A stretch of 63,861 nt of DNA, counting the filler, from Craspedostauros australis (Eukaryota): the NCBI GenBank assembly GCA_030167865.1. It is 14 parts of 14 records of this genome, joined end to end, with 100 filler letters (N's around TTAATTAATTAA, not from the genome) between each part and the next. Parts side by side here need not be neighbours in the genome. Positions count along the whole stretch, not along the records: positions 41,114 to 58,151 come from JALAGF010002260.1; positions 58,252 to 60,238 come from JALAGF010002261.1; positions 60,339 to 62,019 come from JALAGF010002263.1; positions 62,120 to 63,861 come from JALAGF010002265.1; 10 more parts are not named here. One strand, given 5' to 3'. Within the stretch, counting starts at the first letter, position 1. Each line of letters starts with the position of its first letter. The notes beneath the pieces are model-generated. The model was not told the DNA's origin and made no database searches. It saw only the letters and a program-made list of their open reading frames with translations. The position numbers were made by a program, and so were the translations under genes. Below, piece by piece: positions 56,636-63,861 of this stretch.

Positions 56636-58151
56636 ATGACTTCGAACGACGAACCCAACACGAGCAACCGCGAAGAGACGAAGGCAGAAGATGGCCCAAC
56701 CTTGCCACCTCCCACCAAGGAACCTGACAAACCTGCGAACCCAAGAGAGGACGATACAGGCAACCATCATCGCGCCCGACGACAAGCAAAAAGAGCCATC
56801 CCTTACGATGGAGGAACCGAGGAGAACGACCCCGACGACGTGTCCATCACCTACAAGCCAAGATCCAGCACGTTCAAGACCGCGGCCAACAAGACCGGCA
56901 TCGACATCACGCCATTCGCACGAGCAACAGGAGACGGATCCATCGACAGATCAGCAAAAGCAGCATGGAGAGCCAGAGCAATCTGGTATAACAAGGATGA
57001 GGCGACGGCCGACCGCGAAAACCCGACCATCAAACAGTGGGAGCACTTCTTCAGAGATCTCGCAGACGGAAGGGTCACATCATTCGGGCCCATCACGCTG
57101 CCCAACAGAGACCCCACAAGAATGAGGCTCCTGCAATTCGTCATCAACGTTGCATCCACCGATCCCCACGAGGTATTCAAAGTACATCTCAACGACGACG
57201 GCACGGTACGAACGGCAAGAGCAGTCAAAGTATGGAAGGCCGCGAATCGACTCATGGGCTCCAACTACGATCTGGGAGCAGCACCTCTCGCAGACAACGA
57301 CATCCACATCGACACAATGGAAGGCCTCACACTCCAGACGGAAGGCGCGGAAGCGAGCACAGCCAGGATGTCCACAAGCCAAGCATTTGCAGCCATGCCA
57401 ATCGACACAACCACGGGATCCATCAGCACAGACAGCGAGTCGTACACCAGCCGCCAGCCGTCCAAACGCACCAGATTCAAATCTCCGAAACAGACAACCG
57501 ACATGCCACGAGTCAGCCAGAACAGCACGAACAACTCGCAATCTTCAGGGACGACAAGCAGCAACGATTCGTCAACTGACTCAGGCGTGACCAGACACAG
57601 AAGTGGCCCTCGGAACCCTGCCAACCGCAAGCCGTCCACAGACGACAACTCCGTCAGCTCAGATGAGGAATCCAACACATCCCAGGCAAAGATAGCACCA
57701 CCGCGACACGAGCACACCACCAGATTCACAATCAAACTCAACGTCGACAGAACCGAAGACGACACCACAGCCGCAGTGCGAGAGCGCATCAAGCGATGGT
57801 TCCGGCAGGTCCGACGAATCGATCCTACAGCGGTGATCCTCCCATGGAGAGAGTCGGCCAACACAGGTCCCCACATCGCCCACTCAGGACAAATTCCAGA
57901 GAGAATGGAGGACCTCAGAACCTTCTTTCAAGGATTGCGAGCGCCATCCGGGGCAACAGGAATCACGTACGCGAAAGTCCGCATCACCACCAGAGATGAT
58001 CCCTTCGACATCACGGCAGACCGCAACGCGGAGCTCAACCCATACTACTACAACGAGCATGAGGGATTGTACAAAGCCCAGCTCCAAGACGCAGAAGAGG
58101 TGAAAGAGATCGGCTTCCTACTATACTCTGGAGGATTCACAGACGTGGACA
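56636..58151 (+). CDS. ORF1 of a second, divergent Ambal-like LINE (5' end of the element; 3' partial)
   Basis: RIDPTAVILPW, P..MEDLRTFF.G, YAKVRI and LQ...VKEIGFLLYS correspond to QVNATARLLPW, PKDMMTLKKFFKG, YYKVRI and IQ...TTTIGWLLYS of ORF1 at 42021. Preceded by an A-rich UTR. Confidence 0.75.
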
Positions 58152-58251
58152 NNNNNNNNNNNNNNNNNNNNNNNNNNNNNNNNNNNNNNNNNNNNTTAAT
58201 TAATTAANNNNNNNNNNNNNNNNNNNNNNNNNNNNNNNNNNNNNNNNNNNN

Positions 58252-60238
58252 GTCGTCGTTTGATTGGGAGTCGTCAGCGCTTGGCTGTTCATCACCTTCC
58301 TCCTCTTCCGCAATTGGTTGGGGGTGGTCCACGTCAAAGTCTGTCTTGGCCGTGGGGTCTGACACGAATGCGTCTGGGTTGTCGTTCTTGTGCGTAGCTG
58401 CCTTCGATATGGCTTGGGCCACGTGACTCGCCTGTTGAGCTGGGGAAGCTGTGGCGAAAGTACCCACAGTGTAATTGTCCCCGTTCTGTGTTCTTGGGTT
58501 TGTCGTGAGCTCCACTTCGAAATGGAGAAGCGGGACGGGCTTCATCTTGCCTGCCTCGTCTACGTATCCTTCCCATCCCATCTCGGCCGGAGTCATGCCT
58601 GCGGCCTCTTCAGTATCCAGGTCCAGGAATCTGGGACCGGCTTGCACCATTTGTCCCATTTCTTGTTCCTCCTTGCTGAGTACAAGCCCCGTTTCCCAGT
58701 CAACGTCATAGTGCTCGTTCTGAGCCCATGCATGGGGGGTAAACCATCCTTGGCAGCGGTAGTCCAGTTTCTTGTAGCAGAAGAACGGCAGCTTCGAGAT
58801 CAGCTCTTGTGCTTCGACTCTTCGCTTCGGGTGGAAAACGAAGAAGGTCTGAGTCCAGTCGCTTCTATCCGTATCGACGGACACAAAAAGGGAGTAGTCC
58901 GGATCGTCGAATGACCTTAGATTCATGATCACTTCGCGGAGAGTCAATCTCCAGATGGGGATCTCCACGTCCAACTGCATGATGGAGTGCACTCCTTGGA
59001 CCTTCATTTCTTTTTCGAACTCTCGTTGGTGTGCCGCCATCTTGCTCAGGCTGGCCAACTCGGATGGGGGATGCTCGAACCTGGCGTCCATCGCGTCCGG
59101 CATGAATCGCATCTGTTTGCCCAACAGTCGCACGGTCTCCGACCGGTTGTTGAAGAGCTCCTTCATCGCGATTCGGCACATTTGCGTCTTCGAGGACCCG
59201 CTCATCACGTGGGTGGCGCGTGGTCGACTGCGATAGTCACTTGTGTCCTTTGGACGGTTCCTTTTGCTGACCAGTTGAATCTCCTTCATTCGTAGCTGGA
59301 CCTTGAAGTTCCCCTTCACCAGTTCGCTCGCGTTAATGACTTCTGCGAGATCGTCGTTGTTGGTAGTACTGTGACTCCCGAACAACCACCCTGCCGTCAC
59401 GATGTTGTGCTCTTGGATGTCTGACTTGGAGAGCGTGATAGCTGCAGCCTGAAGAGTACCGTCGTCGTCGAATACGTCCACTTCGGCCTTATGGGCCACC
59501 CAGATCCTTGTATACGTACTGAATCCGGTGCGTGCGTACAAGCTCTCCGTGAACTGTTTTACCGTCTCGCGGGCGGTCCATGGGACGTCCTTGGACGTCC
59601 ATGGACGCATCTCCTTGCTCTTCCGCCAGGCCACAATCTGCGCTTTGGGATCAGCTCTGAAGATGAAGGCCCTGACTTCGTTGAGACCGTCGATGACTTG
59701 GTTGATTAGGGGGTCGTTGGATTCCCTCGCCATTGGTAGGCGGATGTCGAAAAAGGTCTTGTGGAATTCGCTGAGGACGTCGTTCACACTGAGGAGCTGT
59801 GCCGGCTTAGGCGCTTTCCTTGGAAATGCCACGACCTTGCGTCTTGGTTTGCGTTGCTTCTTCTTTTTCTTTGGGTTTGGGGAAGTAGTCGTCTCTTCTT
59901 CTCCGTCGAACTCGATGCCCTTGGAGCGCATGAACACAATCCGAGCTGCCACCCATGCTGCCGTCTCGTGCGTGGACTTAATGCTTCCGGCTTCCCACAG
60001 TCTGGGGAAGATGTTGGGTGTTGCCACCAGACGCACCATGAGCTCCACGATGTTGATGTTGTTGTCTGGATGTAGCTTATTGTCATACGCGTCTTGGAAT
60101 GCGTCAATCCACTCTTCGAGGGTCACGCCACGGTTGATGTCTTGTGCACCTTCTTTGAGATGGGCAATGGTTTCATCGAGTGCCCCTTCCTCGCCAGTAG
60201 CCGTAGTGAAGGGTTCGGCGTCGCGCGTCAAAAGATTT
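58252..60238 (-). CDS. ORF1-like protein of a third Ambal-like LINE family (partial at both ends)
   Basis: DPKAQIVAW, IQ...VTAGWLFGS, RATHV, G.QMRFMP, TLREVIM, LFVSVD, FVFHP...EA and WFT..A...D.ETG.V.S are collinear with ORF1 at 42021. Confidence 0.75.
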
Positions 60239-60813
60239 NNNNNNNNNNNNNNNNNNNNNNNNNNNNNNNNNNNNNNNNNNNNTTAATTAATTAANNNNNN
60301 NNNNNNNNNNNNNNNNNNNNNNNNNNNNNNNNNNNNNNTGCCCATGGACATGCTGTTCTGATCGACGTCGTCGTCTGGATGGTTGCCATGGTAGGCGTGG
60401 TATCGGGACCTCCTGATCCGCCGTGGGTGTCTTCCTTACGTTACCAGAGGACAGGCTACCCTCCTTGCGGTTATACAGGTATCAATCGCGTCCGTATGCT
60501 TAGTCATAGTCATAATGACATGGTATACAAAGGTGTGACAAATAGTCTCCGAACATGTGACGAATAATATTCAAAGCTGTGACGAACAATGTTGGGAGGT
60601 GCGGCAATTATGGGTATTCCGACAATGTCGTACCCTCAATTCCTAGCACTTGCCAAGGAGGTGTGTGGCAGAAAACTTGGTTATTGGGCCGCTTCGAGTG
60701 AGACTGACGTATAAAATGTACCAGCGTCTACAGACAACATGACTCGTACGACTAAATACCAATTGTTACCAATGGTTACCCAAAAAATCGGCCTCCAGTC
60801 AAGCCAAAAGACA

Positions 60814-62019
60814 CTAGAGACTTGAAGCTGGCAAGGCGTCGTTGTCGTCATCGGTTGCCGTGGCGTTGGCAACCTTCTCATAATTCTTGTCCAGATCAGC
60901 AGCTTGATCCACCGCAGTTCCAAGCGCGATGCCGCTGGTCTCCGGCAGCTGCCACGCGATGGTGGCTGTGATCGTACCGATCAGGAACAAGTTGAGACCG
61001 ACGTTCGATGCCGAGGTTCCCGGGGTGACGACGTACGGGACGAGGAACGCACCCAGTCGCGCCATAGCATTTGCAGCACCATGTCCCGCTCCTCTCACCT
61101 CAGTGGTGAATACCTCGGAAGCATAGAGCCACGTTGCGGCATCCCCGGCTGCCATGAAGAATCTCACGGTAAAGCCGAGAGCGACGAATGGCCATTTCGG
61201 CACGCCGTCTGATTCGCTCAGGAATCCGAGGATGAGGCAGCATGTGCCTCCCAGAAAGGACGTCAAAGACTGGGTCATGATCCTGCCAAGTCTGTCGACG
61301 ACGGCGATGCAGGCGAAGCTTCCGAACAGCTCCGCGGCAGTGCTGATGAAGATGGCATCGTAGTTGAAGTCATACAATTTGTCGCTTCCGTCGTTATCGT
61401 TGTTGTTGTCGTCGTACCTGCCATTGAAGCCGGAGTGACCCTGATCGAAACCTTGACTTGAGAATAGAAATGTGATCAGGAGAAAGCTGCCGTAGAAGAG
61501 AGAGAAAAAGCCGAACCACACGGAACACAATTTCAGCACGGTCATTGCCCACTTTGGCGACAGCAGCTTGGAGCAAGAACCATCGCCCTCTGCCTCTGCT
61601 TCTCTCACCACGAGCTCGGTATGAGCTGGGAACATCATCATGCCATCCTTGCCGTTCTTGTAGGCCAACTTTCTCAATGTTTCGACAGCCTCCTCGTGCC
61701 GCCCCTTGGCCAATAGCCAGCGCGGGGATTCGGGGACCCAGACGAGGCAAATGATCAAGCAAAGAACGCAGGGCATAGCACAAGAGAAGGCGAACCACCG
61801 CCAGGCGTTGTCGTCGCCGACTCCAAGCGTGAACTTGGCGATGAGAGGTGACAGCATCGTCCCCGCTGTCCAGAAGAACTGCATGTACGTCATTTTCGTT
61901 CCGCGATGGGAGGTTGGGATGACTTCAGCAAGCGTGTCGTACGGGATGGCGAGTCCACCCACGCCGATTCCAACGATGAATCGGATGACGAAGAACCAGC
62001 GGACATCGTCAACCATGCC
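60814..62019 (-). CDS. MFS transporter (Sugar_tr / SV2-SVOP-like); 5' partial
   Basis: RFIVGIGVGG, E.IP..HRG, WRW, VPESPRWLL, VDRLGR, E.F.TEVRG.G.G and LPET. Confidence 0.9.
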   Translation of the reverse strand, partial: GMVDDVRWFFVIRFIVGIGVGGLAIPYDTLAEVIPTSHRGTKMTYMQFFWTAGTMLSPLIAKFTLGVGDDNAWRWFAFSCAMPCVLCLIICLVWVPESPRWLLAKGRHEEAVETLRKLAYKNGKDGMMMFPAHTELVVREAEAEGDGSCSKLLSPKWAMTVLKLCSVWFGFFSLFYGSFLLITFLFSSQGFDQGHSGFNGRYDDNNNDNDGSDKLYDFNYDAIFISTAAELFGSFACIAVVDRLGRIMTQSLTSFLGGTCCLILGFLSESDGVPKWPFVALGFTVRFFMAAGDAATWLYASEVFTTEVRGAGHGAANAMARLGAFLVPYVVTPGTSASNVGLNLFLIGTITATIAWQLPETSGIALGTAVDQAADLDKNYEKVANATATDDDNDALPASSL

Positions 62020-62119
62020 NNNNNNNNNNNNNNNNNNNNNNNNNNNNNNNNNNNNNNNNNNNNTTAATTAATTAANNNNNNNNNNNNNNNNNNNNNNNNN
62101 NNNNNNNNNNNNNNNNNNN

Positions 62120-63861
62120 CACTTCCGTCACTTGCCGGTTGTGGATGGCACAGGCGCAGTCGTGGGACTTCTGGACATTGCGAAGTGTCTGAACGATGCC
62201 ATCAGCAAGCTCGAGAAGTCGAAGGGCAAGGGAGGCAACGCAGCGGAAGATGCTCTGAAGCAGGCCGTCAACGTCCAAGGTGCGAGCGGCTCACAAGCAG
62301 CCGCACTGCAAGCTCTGCTGGGTCCGTTGATGGCTCAAGCCTTTGGCACCCAAACCTCTCCCACTCTCAGGAGTCTGCTGGCGGGCAAGCCCAGCACGGT
62401 AGTGCCACCATCCTCCAGCGTGATGGACGCGGCCACGTTGATGGCAGATCGTCGCAAGGCATCGCTGGTGGTCGACAACGGTCGGCTCGTTGGTATCTTT
62501 GGCTTCAAGGACATGATGACCCGCGTTGTTGCGAAGGGTCTGTCTGTCGATAGAACTGCGATCTCCAGTGTGATGACACCCAATCCCGAGTCCGTATCGC
62601 CAGACATCACGGTACTGGAAGCGTTGCAGACGATGCATGACAACCGTTTCCTCACACTGCCTGTGTGCGAAGATAATGGGACGGTTGTGGGCATCGTGGA
62701 TGTGATGGATGTGATCTACGGTTGTGGCGGAGCAGAGGGCTGGCGATCTGTGTTCAGCAGCTCGTTGGAGCTGGATGATCTGTCTGACACCGCATCGCAG
62801 TACTCCGGCAACGGAAGTGCATCTGCATCTCTGGCATCGAACAAGAAGAAGTCCTCCGCATCAGTGACATCAGCATCAGCAGCAGCAGCGAAGCAAGAGC
62901 GGATGGTATCGAAGCTCCGACCCAAGAAGCCCATGATCTCATCATCCCTCGACACCATCCTCGCTGTCACTCAAATGCTCGCCAACAAGCGTGGTGATGC
63001 ATCGCTCATCGTCAACGAAGATGGGGCTCTGGCTGGTATCGTCACAGACACAGACATCACACGGCGGGTGGTTGCGAAGCACGTCGATGCTGCATCCACC
63101 AACATCTCTGTGGTCATGACACCCAACCCCACCTGTGTGGCCATGTCCGATTCGGCAATGGATGCGATGACCACCATGGTCGAGAACCACTTCCGTCACT
63201 TGCCGGTTGTGGATGGCACAGGCGCAGTCGTGGGACTTCTGGACATTGCGAAGTGTCTGAACGATGCCATCAGCAAGCTCGAGAAGTCGAAGGGCAAGGG
63301 AGGCAACGCAGCGGAAGATGCTCTGAAGCAGGCCGTCAACGTCCAAGGTGCGAGCGGCTCACAAGCAGCCGCACTGCAAGCTCTGCTGGGTCCGTTGATG
63401 GCTCAAGCCTTTGGCACCCAAACCTCTCCCACTCTCAGGAGTCTGCTGGCGGGCAAGCCCAGCACGGTAGTGCCACCATCCTCCAGCGTGATGGACGCGG
63501 CCACGTTGATGGCAGATCGTCGCAAGGCATCGCTGGTGGTCGACAACGGTCGGCTCGTTGGTATCTTTGGCTTCAAGGACATGATGACCCGCGTTGTTGC
63601 GAAGGGTCTGTCTGTCGATAGAACTGCGATCTCCAGTGTGATGACACCCAATCCCGAGTCCGTATCGCCAGACATCACGGTACTGGAAGCGTTGCAGACG
63701 ATGCATGACAACCGTTTCCTCACACTGCCTGTGTGCGAAGATAATGGGACGGTTGTGGGCATCGTGGATGTGATGGATGTGATCTACGGTTGTGGCGGAG
63801 CAGAGGGCTGGCGATCTGTGTTCAGCAGCTCGTTGGAGCTGGATGATCTGTCTGACACCGC
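62120..63861 (+). CDS. Multi-CBS-domain protein (CBS/PB1-type family), partial at both ends
   Basis: The frame starting CAC at 62120 is open to the window end: HFRHLPVVD, LVGIF..KD..TRVVA, VMTPNP, F..LPV and LAGIVTD.DITRRVVA. Confidence 0.88.
62120..63861 (+). repeat. Direct repeat with period 1068 bp: 62120-62793 repeated at 63188-63861
   Basis: The ORF track gives identical peptides offset by 1068 (62185/63253, 62291/63359, 62335/63403). No mismatch seen by eye. Confidence 0.93.

Overview
Eukaryotic DNA, almost certainly from a diatom: GT-AG introns, CoDi-type copia elements, Ambal-type LINEs, DUF6824, an M11 gametolysin and a bipartite plastid-targeting presequence. The window is not a contiguous locus. 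It is 14 separate contigs joined by 13 identical artificial 100-bp linkers (N44-TTAATTAATTAA-N44), so adjacency across linkers is meaningless. Much of it is transposon-derived. The standout is a complete, apparently intact 8.87-kb non-LTR retrotransposon (41882-50746). It has a PHD-finger ORF1, an APE-RT-RNaseH-Zn ORF2, a (TTA)n tail, a 16-bp target-site duplication, and predicted structured 5' and 3' ends. It sits inside the short LTR of a CoDi-type copia element. Other mobile sequence includes two further divergent ORF1 proteins of the same family, two decayed LINE ORF2 fragments, several copia remnants (one with an in-frame IN-RT deletion, one inserted next to a LINE RT active site) and two piggyBac-like copies with a CpG-decay signature. 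Host genes: COQ6, probably plastid-targeted FolD, the TOP6A/SPO11-3 C-terminus, an M11 peptidase, a bacterial-type SAM methyltransferase, an AAA ATPase, an MFS transporter, a CBS-repeat protein, an acyl-AMP-ligase-like N-terminus and several diatom-family hypothetical proteins. All calls come from reading motifs by eye; no database searches or folding programs were run.
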